DNA from: Macrostomum lignano
Lineage: Eukaryota
Length of the DNA: 64,000 nt
Direction of reading: 5' to 3'
Assembly: GCA_002269645.1 (NCBI GenBank)
Contig: NIVC01001980.1
Location: 77,879 to 141,878, forward strand
Made by a program: the position numbers and the translations under genes. Each line of letters starts with the position of its first letter. Position 1 is the first letter of the stretch. Below are positions 36,901 through 50,300 of the stretch, piece after piece. A model generated the notes under the pieces. The model had not been told where the DNA came from and ran no database searches. It saw nothing but the letters and a program-made list of their open reading frames with translations.

Positions 36901-39900
36901 CCCCTACTATACCACTAGACTAACTAATGCCAGGGGCGTGGGGGGCGGCCAGCCCCCCAATATACCACTATACCACTAGACTAACTAATGCCAGGGGCGT
37001 GGGGGGCGGCTAGCCCCCACTATACCACTTAGACTAACTAATGCCAGGGGCGTGGGGGGCGGCCAGCCCCCACTATACTACTAGACTAACTAATGCCAGG
37101 GGCGTGGGGGCGGCCAGCCCCCCACTATACCACTAGACTAACTAATGCCAGGGGCGTGGGGGGCGAGCCCCCACTATACCACTAGACTAATAAATGCCAG
37201 GGGCGTGGGGGGCGGCCAGCCCCCACTATACCACTAGACTAATAAATGCCAGGGGCGTGGGGGGCGGCCAGCCCCCCACTATACCACTAGACTAATAAAT
37301 GCCAGGGGCGTGGGGGGCGGCCAGCCCCCCACTATACCACTAGACTAACTAATGCCAGGGGCGTGGGGGCGGCCAGCCCCCACTATACCACTAGACTAAC
37401 TAATGCCAGGGGCGTGGGGGCGGCCAGCCCCCCCACTATACCACTAGACTAACTAATGCCAGGGGCGTGGGGGCGGCCAGCCCCCCACTATACCACTAGA
37501 CTAACTAATGCCAGGGGCGTGGGGGCGGCCAGCCCCCCACTATACTACTAGACTAACTAATGCCAGGGGCGTGGGGCGGCGAGCCCCCCACTATACCACT
37601 AGACTAACTAATGCCAGGGGCGTGGGGGGCGGCCAGCCCCCTACTATACCACTAGACTAACTAATGCCAGGGGCGTGGGGGCGGCCAGCCCCCCACTATA
37701 CCACTATACCACTAGACTAACTAATGCCAGGGGCGTGGGGGGCGGCCAGCCCCCACTATACCACGTAGACTAACTAATGCCAGGGGCGTGGGGGCGGCCA
37801 GCCCCACTATACCACTAGACTAACTAATGCCAGGGGCGTGGGGGGCGGCCAGCCCCCTACTATACCACTAGACTAACTAATGCCAGGGGCGTGGGGGGCG
37901 GCTAGCCCCCACTATACCACTAGACTAACTAATGCCAGGGGCGTGGGGGCGGCCAGCCCCCACTATACCACTATACCACTAGACTAACTAATGCCAGGGG
38001 CGTGGGGGGCGGCTAGCCCCCCACTATACCACTATACCACTAGACTAACTAATGCCAGGGGCGTGGGGGGCGGCCAGCCCCCCACTATACCACTAGACTA
38101 ACTAATGCCAGGGGCGTGGGGGGCGGCTAGCCCCCCACTATACCACTAGACTAACTAATGCCAGGGGCGTGGGGGGCGGCCAGCCCCCACTATACCACTA
38201 GACTAATAAATGCCAGGGGCGTGGGGGCGGCCAGCCCCCCACTATACCACTAGACTAACTAATGCCAGGGGCGTGGGGGCGGCTAGCCCCCCACTATACC
38301 ACTATACCACTAGACTAACTAATGCCAGGGACGTGGGGGGCGGCCAGCCCCCCACTATACCACTAGACTAACTAATGCCAGGGGCGTGGGGGGCAGCCAG
38401 CCCCCCACTATACCACTAGACTAACTAATGCCAGGGGCGTGGGGGGCGGCTAGCCCCCACTATACCACTAGACTAACTAATGCCAGGGGCGTGGGGGGCG
38501 GCCAGCCCCCCACTATACTACTAGACTAACTAATGCCAGGGGCGTGGGGTGCGGCGAGCCCCCACTATACCACTAGACTAATAAATGCCAGAGGCGTGGG
38601 GGGCGGCCAGCCTCCCACTATACCACTAGACTAACTAATGCCAGGGGCGTGGGGGCGGCGAGCCCCCTACTATACCACTAGACTAATAAATGCCAGGGGC
38701 GTGGGGGGCGGCCAGCCCCCCACTATACCACTAGACTAATAAATGCCAGGGGCGTGGGGGCGGCCAGCCCCCCACTATACCACTAGACTAACTAATGCCA
38801 GGGGCGTGGGGGCGGCCAGCCCCCTACTATACCACTAGACTAACTAATGCCAGGGGCGTGGGGGGCGGCCAGCCCCCCAATATACCACTATACCACTAGA
38901 CTAACTAATGCCAGGGGCGTGGGGGCGGCCAGCCCCCACTATACCACTTAGACTAACTAATGCCAGGGGCGTGGGGGCGGCCAGCCCCCACTATACTACT
39001 AGACTAACTAATGCCAGGGGCGTGGGGGCGGCCAGCCCCCACTATACCACTAGACTAACTAATGCCAGGGGCGTGGGGGTGGCGAGCCCCCTACTATACC
39101 ACTAGACTAATAAATGCCAGGGGCGTGGGGGGCGGCCAGCCCCCCACTATACCACTAGACTAATAAATGCCAGGGGCGTGGGGGGCAGCCAGCCCCACTA
39201 TACCACTAGACTAATAAATGCCAGGGGCGTGGGGGGCGGCCAGCCCCCACTATACCACTAGACTAACTAATGCCAGGGGCGTGGGGGCGGCCAGCCCCTA
39301 CTATACCACTAGACTAACTAATGCCAGGGGCGTGGGGGCGGCCAGCCCCCAATATACCACTATACCACTAGACTAACTAATGCCAGGGCGTGGGGGGCGG
39401 CCAGCCCCCACTATACCACTTAGACTAACTAATGCCAGGGGCGTGGGGGGCGGCCAGCCCCCCACTATACTACTAGACTAACTAATGCCAGGGGCGTGGG
39501 GTGCGGCGAGCCCCCCACTATACCACTAGACTAACTAATGCCAGGGGCGTGGGGGGCGGCCAGCCCCCTACTATACCACTAGACTAACTAATGCCAGGGG
39601 CGTGGGGGGGCGGCCAGCCCCCCACTATACCACTATACCACTAGACTAACTAATGCCAGGGGCGTGGGGGGCGGCCAGCCCCCCACTATACCACGTAGAC
39701 TAACTAATGCCAGGGGCGTGGGGGGCGGCAGCCCCCCACTATACCACTAGACTAACTAATGCCAGGGCGTGGGGGGCGGCCAGCCCCCTACTATACCACT
39801 AGACTAACTAATGCCAGGGGCGTGGGGGCGGCTAGCCCCACCACTATACCACTAGACTAACTAATGCCAGGGGCGTGGGGGGCGGCCAGCCCCCCACTAT

Positions 39901-40628
39901 ACCACTATACCACTAGACTAACTAATGCCAGGGGCGTGGGGGCGGCTAGCCCCCCACTATACCACTATACCCACTAGACTAACTAATGCCAGGGGCGTGG
40001 GGGGCGGCCAGCCCCCCACTATACCACTAGACTAACTAATGCCAGGGGCGTGGGGGGGCGGCTAGCCCCCCACTATACCACTAGACTAACTAATGCCAGG
40101 GGCGTGGGGGGCGGCCAGCCCCCCACTATACCACTAGACTAATAAATGCCAGGGGCGTGGGGGCGGCCAGCCCCCCACTATACCACTAGACTAACTAATG
40201 CCAGGGGCGTGGGGGCGGCTAGCCCCCCACTATACCACTATACCACTAGACTAACTAATGCCAGGGACGTGGGGGGCGGCCAGCCCCCCATATAACCACT
40301 AGACTAACTAATGCCAGGGGCGTGGGGGCAGCCAGCCCCCCACTATACCACTAGACTAACTAATGCCAGGGGCGTGGGGGGTGGCCAGCCCCCCAGTATA
40401 CCACTTAGAATAACTAATGCCAGGGGCGTGGGGGGCGGCCAGCCCCCCACTTTACCACTAGACTAACTAATGCCAGGGGCGTGGGGGGCGGCCAGCCCCC
40501 CACTATACCACTAGACTAACTAATGCCAGGGGCGTGGGGGGGGGGCTTTTTAGCTCTCAATTTAGGTTAAATAAATAGATGTCATAGCCATAAACAATAA
40601 TGGACACAATATATACCCATCGTCCCAC
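33972..40628. mobile_element. Candidate large non-autonomous DNA transposon enclosing the 4.4-kb satellite
   Basis: 12-bp inverted termini GTGGGACGATGG / CCATCGTCCCAC, subterminal hairpin 33974-34069 and a tRNA-like A/B-box segment at 35722-35776. No clean TSD. Confidence 0.4.
36108..40545. repeat. 51-53-bp GC-rich satellite (ACTAGACTAACTAATGCCAGGGGCGTGGGGGGCGGCCAGCCCCCCACTATACC)n, roughly 85 copies
   Basis: Direct reading. Confidence 0.97.
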
Positions 40629-41292
40629 CTTTGAAGACGACAGCGTCTTCATTCACTAGTTATACACTGCACAGATAGACTAGGATATAAGGTGATTGGC
40701 TTCGATCTTGAGACACCTAAGTATTATGTGGAGACGTAAAAGTTTGTAGGCACATGTTAGAGTAGATATAGTCTATATTCATGTTGGTTTGATCAGAAAA
40801 AGAATATCCTACTCTGAGATGCAACACTCTGAAAAAGGGGTAATTTTCACCCCAATTACATTATGGATATAGGAGCTTATTTCTAGTCAATGCTAGCACC
40901 GAAAGCAGGCACTTCTAGAGCTGATGATGTGAATTTTCATCATCTCTACGATTATCTAGGAAGACGAAAATGCAAAATTCATTGAAAAAGGGCAAATTAA
41001 GTGCTTTTGAAAATCAGTTAACATGCCCTACCACCCATGTTCTATAAATGCCATTAGGGCATCCAACTGGCATGAGCTTGTGCCATGTAAGCATCATGGG
41101 GAAGCTATAGGACCCAATTTTTAAGGGTCAGGATCTTAATCTCATGAGAATCTAATTTCTAGGAATCCTAAGATCTAAGGATTGGGATTCTATCCAATTT
41201 TTAGCTTATATAGTATTGCCAATAGCAGATCTATATTTCTGTATTAATCTCAAATAAGTAAAAAAATATTAGCTTTCTTAGTTAGTGCTAAG

Positions 41293-41866
41293 CCAGTGTG
41301 CGGATCAGTACCCGTGTACGCCGGAAAAAATTCGGGCGTCAAGGACTTTGTACGCCAGTGTATGCCAAAAACAAAAAGTTGCACTAAATGTACACCAAAA
41401 ATTCCTAAAAAAAGGTCATTCGGTTTTCACGAGTAGAGTTTTCTAGGAAATGCTTTGGTATGAAAAGTGTCTTTAAAATATTACGAATTTTTTTCAGTTT
41501 AAACAAACTTAAATACTACCTACAAAAAATATTATGAAAAATTAATACTTTCAGCAAAATTTTACACTAATTTTATTTTTTTAACTTAAAATAAGCAAAA
41601 AGTTTATCATTGACGATATAAATTTTCCTTTACTTTACGTAAAAACGTTAATTTACTTTACAATTTTCATGCACGGCATGAATTTATTCACCAAAATTTG
41701 TACGCCAAAAAAGTATGCGTGGCTGTGTTACTTGTGTACGCCAATAGTGTACGCCAACAAAGTGCACCAGGGGTTGTGTACGCCGATTGTGTACGCCAAG
41801 GACTTAGGGTGGCCGTTTTGTACGCCGGAAAAGTTCCGGCGTACATGCATACCATCCGCAACCTGG
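41293..41866. mobile_element. hAT-like MITE with 8-bp TSD
   Basis: GTGCTAAG|CCAGTGTGCGGAT ... ATCCGCAACCTGG|GTGCTAAG; subterminal GTGTACGCC repeats at both ends. Confidence 0.82.
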
Positions 41867-43140
41867 GTGCTAAGCATTTTGTCTTTCTAAAATTATATAT
41901 TGTTGGAATTCATAAAATCCTATAAAAGGGAAAAGCTCTTTGGCAATTTTATAGTTTATTTTGCATATTTATCTTTAGTTTAAGTTTGAATTTGTACCTA
42001 GTTTGAATTACCATTGTAATTTTCATTCATATTATAATTTATGGCCAGAAGTAATTTAAAAGAGAAACAACTTTACCTGATAAGGTCGGGTATTTCCAGC
42101 TGCTATTATCTTATTTATATTCTAAGCTTTGATTAATTATCCTATATAACAGTTTTCATGACCAGACTTAGTCAAAGTTATTATTATAGTTATGTTTTGT
42201 AAACTGCCTATTTAACTTGAACTTCATTCCTATAAACTAGGCCTACTTATAATGATGCATATATTTTACCAAAATTAATTTTAGCAAATGTACATTTTGG
42301 CAAATACAAGTCTAATAATATATGTGGAATTATAATTGTTATGACTGTTGCCCCTTTGACTATCACCCTTTTAATCATACATACGCAACTTTGGGAATCA
42401 CCTGGCTGTTTCTATTGGCAATACACACATGTAAGTCACTATTGGCTGATACCAGTCACGTGACTACTTTTCCATCCAATAGCGACTTACATGTGTGTGT
42501 GTGTTGGCAATAGAAATGGCCGAGTGAATCCCAAGGTTGCGCCCAAGCATGCTTTTAATTGTTGCCCTTTTGATCTGTCACCATTTTGATCAGTTCCTAT
42601 ATATACACATGTAGTACCCTAAACTAAGATAAATGGTCTTATTTAATTAGGAACTACCATTATTACTAATACTTATTTTATTTTATAGGCCCCTACTGTA
42701 TATTATAGAATATAGTCAGCTAGGCCTATAGATAGTATAGCTAAATCTTGAAAGAGTAAGAAGGCCAGATAATAGTATTCTTAGGGCCTAGTAGGCCTAG
42801 GCCTAAGTAAACAACAGCCAAATTGCTCTTTGAAAGGACCAAAATTACTTGATGATTTCTACAAATAAAAACCTTATTGCTATAAGAACTCAAAAGTTTT
42901 GTATATCCATATAAGTCTTGGACAATCTTAACTGCTAACTCTAGTAACCGCTGCTATTGGAATGGCACGCATTTTCGAAAACGTGCATTGAAATTAAATG
43001 CTTTGCATACGAAAAATTTGTCATTTGACATTGACACAATGGAATGGGCCTTTTCATATTAGGCCTACCAATTCCAGAACCAGAATCAGTTTGGAATTCC
43101 AAGAAAAACAGCAGTATAACTATTTAACTCTGTTAATATA

Positions 43141-43566
43141 CCTTTTTGCAATCAATTTTGTCATTTCTGCGTTCAATTTCGGTGTGAGCGCTAGTGTGCA
43201 GTCCAAACAACTGAGCCATAGACACTGGGCAACTTTTGCGTTCAAATTCGGCCTTTTTGCGTCCTATTTCGGCAGCGCAATCACATGGGCCGCACTGTGG
43301 GCACAGTTCGATGTTTTTGCCATAGACACTTTCTCACTCGATCGCATTCAGTGAGGGTGGACGAAAATTTGTCTCCTAAAGCAGGCCTATAGTCGTCTCC
43401 GCAAGTATGTTTGATGCCGTAAGCTGCCGAAATAGGACGCAAAAAGGCCGAATTTGAACGCAAAAGTTGCCCAGTGTCTATGGCTCAGTTGTTTAGACTG
43501 CACAGCACACCACTAGCGCTCGCGCCGAAATTGAACGCAAAAACGACGAAATTGATTGCAAAAAGG
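43141..43566. mobile_element. MITE with about 140-bp TIRs and TA flanks
   Basis: TA|CCTTTTTGCAATC ... GATTGCAAAAAGG|TA. Confidence 0.85.
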
Positions 43567-43844
43567 TATATTTGACTGCCTTAACAACCTCACTAAGTAC
43601 AATTTTTCACTTTCTTTTTGGCGATTTTCATTCAATAATAAAAATTTTATAGCACGTATCTCCCTTTAGCTATGGAGACAAAAAGTTATACTTCACAAGA
43701 AAAGGCCCAATGTATCTGCTCAATGTATTTATATACACCAGGACAATAAACTTAAAGTTTAAATAAAAGATAAAAAAATAAGAAAATGAACAAATAATAA
43801 ACGCTAAAACCTTTAACTTTATCGTCTATACTTAGGTAACTGAC

Positions 43845-44215
43845 ATTCGCTTTGTTATTGTTTCTCGTTTCCGGCAGTCTAAGTTCACATTACGATATAC
43901 GGTAAGATGCATTGGGGACCAGCAGTGTCAAGTTGTAGTTTACCGCTAGTCAAAAATATTGAGTAGTTACTGAGATATCGATGCTTTAATTTGGGTGAAT
44001 TTCCAGTGCTCTTCAAATTAGCGTAAAACTTTTTAGTCCAGTCCACGGGGCCGCTTGACTAGTCAAGCTCAATCCACTCCACGGCTCAGCCTGAATGCAT
44101 TTTTAGTCCAGTCCACGGGGCCGCTTGACTAGTCTAGCTCAATCCACTCCACGGCTGTGTGGATCCACCTGACTGGTCGGGTAATTTTTCTGTAGTGGAC
44201 TATCCGACTAGTCAA
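43845..44215 (-). repeat. Dispersed repeat, copy 2 (inverted relative to 27718-28180)
   Basis: Reverse-complement similarity seen directly. Confidence 0.8.
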
Positions 44216-46804
44216 GAGGCAGAAGTCAAAGGCAGACAAACCCCCCACGCGGCGCGCAATGTACATGTACAAATTAATCGATAAATTATATCGTGTAAGA
44301 ATAACAACATACGCCAGTACATGTACATAGGTAGAACTACTTTACGAGAATTAATAACGATATGAATGAAATACAAATAATAGAATTAATGCATACGAGG
44401 CTACAAAAACAAAGCAATTAACTGTAACATTAGCGCAATAATAATGCGTATAGAATATTGTTAAAATAAATTAAAGAATACGTATGCATGCGAGATAAGG
44501 AAATACGATCAGATAATTCTACGAATTACACTGTCACACGAAATCAAATCTTTTTTGCAGTCTATTGCAGGAATGTTTTCTGTGTTCATATGTTAGTTAT
44601 GAAGCCAATCTCTGGATGAGTTTTCTGGCAGTCAGAGTTGCTTTCACTGTTATCTAACAAGCAGTTGAATCTATTTGTGCTCCTTTAAAGACCAGCAGTT
44701 TCATTGAAATGCCTTTTAATTTCCTGCATGCTGAAGCTATCTGTCTAAAGCAGTAAATGTACGATGAAATCTGCAAAGATTATCTACTCCTATTATGTAT
44801 TGTAAACAAATGTGTATTCCTTAACATAACATTTCCATTCTGTGCTCATTGGTGTGAGCATTGCTGGTTAATAATGCAATAAAGCTTATCTAAATTAGTA
44901 GAGAGCGACTTTCCCAGACCAAGACAGTGCATTAAAATTGTCCAGAGAATTTCTTGCACTGGAAGCTGAGCTGCTTTGTTCTGATCACGCTATGATTGGG
45001 ATTGCGGTCGCAGAGGAATTCGGTGCTAATTTGTACATCCTCTTCGAGCAGTTGCTAGTTGGTCGTAGTCTGAGCTTCCATGCGCACAAAAAGCTAGAGG
45101 CAATGCAAAATTAACTGCCCACATCTCCAGGGATTTCTATGTTGCCTATAATCCCAGTCTCTGGCCAATTTTGGTCATTTTTAGAATTTTCCTATTTTCT
45201 GCCCCTCCCTTTCCTAAAGTCATGAGCTCTGCAAATATCCGCTCGAAGGCCACATGACAGGCAAGTACAGCTTTCGGCACTGGAAAAGGTACTTCGTAAC
45301 TTTTCCATTAACTCTCCCGTAACTTTGTAACTGACTGTGGCACCGCGAGCCGGCCACTCGGCGAGAGCAAGATTAATCCAAACAGGTCGCCCGCTGTCAG
45401 GCTGAGTGAAGGTATAAGTAAATTTTCTCCAAAGGATTCGACCGGCACGTCTTCGCGCTGAACGAATTTGCATGCCGCCCAGAGCCCGCCAGCCTGATAA
45501 ATCAATGGAGGAACCGCAGTCTGTGAATGCCGAACTGCTCATCTGGAAGCTTCTCGTCTGCCCTGCGCCGCTGAAGTGCCGCCTCGGGGAAGTTCGCAGA
45601 CGCGAAAATCCATTTCATTTAGGACCTCTGGTTGGCGCTCTTGGCTTTGCAAGACAAAAAATTTACTAAGACATGCCAGCTAGAAAAGAGTACAAGTGAC
45701 AACCTAAATTTTGAAAAAATGAGGTCTAAAATTATGTTTCACCACCAGGTTTTCGATCAAAAATTATTACTTCTGTTTTACTACTACTCAAGTCAAGTAC
45801 GCAAAGTAGTAAAACGACAAAACTATTGACACCTTTTTGAAGATCTATTCTTGCTTAAAAAACATTAGCAAAGTTAATTTTGTTCAGTAACCATTACTCA
45901 GTAGGGCTTTGATACACTAATTATTTCGCCTCTGCAGCTCGTAGTTTGTACAGAGAGGACGTCTTTCTACTGTCAGTAAGTCGTTTTTGACGAGCAGCAA
46001 ACAATCATAGAATAAAATCGCATGCTTATTGTTTCATAAACATTTATGAGCAGTTGTGAACTGCATTCCTTTCTCTGTAGTTTCATACTTTCAATTCATG
46101 GTTGGCATGGGCACACGGGGCTTTTGCTGAAGTGTTCGCAGTGCAGCTGTTCTCTGCAAAACTCTCTATCTCTCGCTGTGTGTCTCCATAGTCAAACACT
46201 GTCCAATTTCCTTGACACAGCTAAATCGACACAGCCGGGTGCCTGGACAGCGCAGGAAAGAATGTTCAATGGCGGCTCTCCTAGCAAATCTCCCTTGCAG
46301 TCCTGTCGCAGGGGCACCAGCAAACGGCTCGCGGACTCCCAGAGCAGGAGCTTCTGCGGGTGCGGAACGGTCCAGCCAGAGTGTGGGGAGGGGGGGGGCA
46401 ACTAGTCTCAGGAAAGAAAATTCAGTGCTGTCACGGTGTAGCTTCTCAATCCCTTGTGCCGTCTATGAAATATAACAAAAAATTTATAATACCGCCTGCA
46501 TGCGAGAACTTGAGAGACACTGCAAAATAGCTGCAGAGACAGGGAGAGAGAGAGAGGGGGGCAGTCACTGCTTCAAAAAGGATTGGATCGCGCCACACGA
46601 GGGGGGGGGGGTAGGCTACGAAAATCGATCACTAGAATGGCCAGATTGCAAAGAGTCCTGCTGCCCACTGCCCCCCCACTACCCTGCTGGCTTGGCGACT
46701 AATAAAATTCAGTTTCCGAGTGTAACACTTTCCGACAATAATCCGCTCCCTGCACTGCTCACCAAGATTTTCAAATAGAATTATTAATCTACAGAGAAAT
46801 CGGA

Positions 46805-47716
46805 ATGTCCGACGAGAATTTCTTGCAGAAATTTCGCGACAAGGACACTCGATCGTTTAAGAATTTCACGGCAGCGCAATTCCTTGAGGTGTGGAATCAC
46901 TACGACAAGGATGGCAGCGGCTACATCGAGGACGAGGAGCTGGACGGCTTCCTGAAGGAGTTCGTGACTTCAATCATTCCGGACCAAATCGGCCAGGAGG
47001 TGATCTCGGACAGCGCGCTCAAGGAGCTCAAAGAGGAGTTCATGCTGGCCTACGACGAGAACGAGGACAATCGAATCGAGATTGGCGAGCTGGCCCAGAT
47101 GCTGCCGACTGACCAGAGCTTCCTGCTGCTGTTCCGGCGGGACAATCCGCTCGAATCCAGCGTGGAATTCATGCGCATCTGGAAGCAATTCGACAAGGAC
47201 AATTCTGGCCAGATTGACAAAGAGGAACTCAAGGAGTTTCTGCGCTACCTGCTGCAGGAGCGGAACCAGGAGGCCTCGGTGAGCGAGGAGAAGCTGGCCG
47301 AGTACGCCGACGCCATCTTGAAGCTCTTCGACACAAACGGCGACGGTCAGCTGCAGCTGAGCGAGATGGCGAAGCTGCTGCCGGTCAAGGACAACTACCT
47401 GAGCCGGCCGCTGCTGAAGAACGCCGCTCGGCTGTCCTCGTACGAGATTGACAAAATCTTTCGCAAGTACGACACGGACAAGAGCGGCAAAATCGAGGGC
47501 GACGAGCTGGAGGGCTTCCTCAAGGACCTGCTGGAGCTCACTGGCGAGCAGTTTGACGATCAGAAGATGAAGTTCTTCAAGGAGGTGATCATGGAGCAGT
47601 GGGACACTGACAAGGACGGTGGGATCGGCAAGGATGAGCTGAAGATGATCCTCATGCAGCACAAGCGGATGGCGCAGGAGCAGGAGGCCTATGACAGGGG
47701 CCTGTGCGATGAGTGA
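46805..47716 (+). CDS. Hexa-EF-hand calbindin/calretinin-family protein (Cbp53E/calbindin-32-like), 303 aa, uninterrupted CDS
   Basis: AAQFLEVWNHYDKDGSGYIEDEELDGFLKEF; LAQMLPTDQSFLLLFRRDNPLESSVEFMRIW; multiple DxDxxGxI loops; AATAAA at about 47767. Confidence 0.95.
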   Translation: MSDENFLQKFRDKDTRSFKNFTAAQFLEVWNHYDKDGSGYIEDEELDGFLKEFVTSIIPDQIGQEVISDSALKELKEEFMLAYDENEDNRIEIGELAQMLPTDQSFLLLFRRDNPLESSVEFMRIWKQFDKDNSGQIDKEELKEFLRYLLQERNQEASVSEEKLAEYADAILKLFDTNGDGQLQLSEMAKLLPVKDNYLSRPLLKNAARLSSYEIDKIFRKYDTDKSGKIEGDELEGFLKDLLELTGEQFDDQKMKFFKEVIMEQWDTDKDGGIGKDELKMILMQHKRMAQEQEAYDRGLCDE

Positions 47717-48934
47717 GGCGATTTCTGAGAGCTTTGGACCTCAGTGCTGTCAGTCTCTTCTCTGTCAATAAAAGTTCCATTTCTAGAGGAGAGTCATGTC
47801 TGATATCTAAACAAATGTCAGCCTGCTTTTTCATCGCACCAGATGCTCCACAGCTGCTCTACATGTAGGTTCTAGACAGTTAATTATTAATTAGCTACTC
47901 AATCCAGATTCAAAAGCACATTATATTGACCATAGTTTGTTGTTAAACTTCTGTTAATTTTATTAATAGCCTAAATAGAATCTATAACTGTCTAAAATAT
48001 GAATAAATCTTTTTCTTAACCGCGCTGAATATACTTTTCCGCACCGCAATTTTAATTAATCACGCATTGACAAGTTTAATTAGTTTGAAGGAAGCGCTTT
48101 AACCTTTTAAAGTATTAAACCTGCGTTGCGTAGTCCAGCCTCTCTCTGCGCCAGCTTTATAACTATTCTGTTCATTATGCATTAAAATTTGCAAATGTCA
48201 TTATCATATTCACAATCGTAGTAAGACTTTAATAATTTCTTTTTTAATACGGACGGAGGGTTGGTGCTGCAGGGTGGAGCTGTGCCTGCTCTAATAGCTA
48301 TGCTAGCTGACTGCCGAACACCTGGCACCGTCTCAGAGCCCCCTGGGCGCTCGCGATTATTGCGCAGACATTGAGAGTCTCGCTCGGCAGTCTGTGGAAG
48401 CGTCTGCAGTTTTAGATCGATATTTTGCTGCCAAATTTATACAGCCAGAGGGCAACTCTCGGAAATCTGCTGCCACCGCACACAGACCCTCGGCAGTCCA
48501 TGAGGCGGTTCAGCTGTCCCTGAGTCTACACGCCGCCTGCTCACGACTCTCCCACATGCTCTACCAGTGGGACAAACACAGAGAAACAGAGAGACAAAAC
48601 GTGCCTATGGCAACCACCGACGATCAATTGGGTGATTTTTTATTTGAGAATTCGAGGCCAACAATTTGGTGAATAGCGGGAAGGACCGACAGGCCGCTGG
48701 AAAGTCAAGTCTGCTCGCGAGTGCGGCGTCGATTTCGGCTAAAATTGTACCAATAGGAGACAAAATTTGTCCTAAATCGTGTCATAAACTTTTTTCCTGT
48801 TTAAAATAAGCATAGCACTTCGATTGTCAAAAGCATGTGTTCTCTTTCTCGTTTAGTGAAGGCTAGGATAGATAGACCTTTTTGCGTTCTATTTGGTTTT
48901 TTCTTCACTCAAAATCAACCAATCAATCATAGAT

Positions 48935-49498
<564 letters not shown>

Positions 49499-49995
49499 GC
49501 CTCTAAGCTTTTAAAATTCATCTACGGAACTCTTATGATCTTGCTTTATACGTTTGCATTTACATCACTTTGAAGGTCACACGAACAAGGGAGGTTGTCT
49601 ATTTTATCTGAGCAACATGACTCACGGGTTCATGGATTTTTAAACTGAAAATTAATTGAATTAAAATGACAGTCTCTCCAAAAGTAGTCAGCCGTGTTTC
49701 AAGCAAAAATTTCAATTATACAGAGTTCAAGAAACCTTGAGGCCAAGCCTATTGATTCACAGAATACCTGCGTGGATTTTAACAAAGACACAGCCGGCAA
49801 TGAACATAAATAAATAAGAATAATATTTTTGAAAGACAAACCGACAGAGCAAGCAAAATAATGCGCTTTTAACAGTAAAAAGTGTAATGAGACGCACCAA
49901 ATATAGTTATATCAAATGGGCGAAACTTGCGAAGCAATTTCACTTCATCTGGGCTCCCTTAACTGACTGGAACCTAACGCCAGACATTTAACTGT

Positions 49996-50295
49996 CAGAC
50001 ATCCCACTCCCGACACCCCACTCCCAGACACCCCACTCCCAGACACCCCACTCCCAGACACCCCACTCCCAGACACCCCACTCCCAGACACCCCACTCCC
50101 AGACACCCCACTCCCAGACACCCCACTCCCAGACACCCCACTCCCAGACACCCCACTCCCAGACACCCCACTCCCAGACACCCCACTCCCAGACACCCCA
50201 CTCCCAGACACCCCACTCCCAGACACCCCACTCCCAGACACCCCACTCCCAGACACCCCACTCCCAGACACCCCACTCCCAGACACCCCAACCCC
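49996..50295. repeat. 15-bp minisatellite (AGACACCCCACTCCC)n
   Basis: Direct reading. Confidence 0.95.
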
Positions 50296-50300
50296 CCAAA

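Noticed and set aside
45192-45542. 116-aa minus-strand ORF in a GC-richer patch
   Set aside because: No recognisable motif or splice context; may be a decayed element but I cannot support a call
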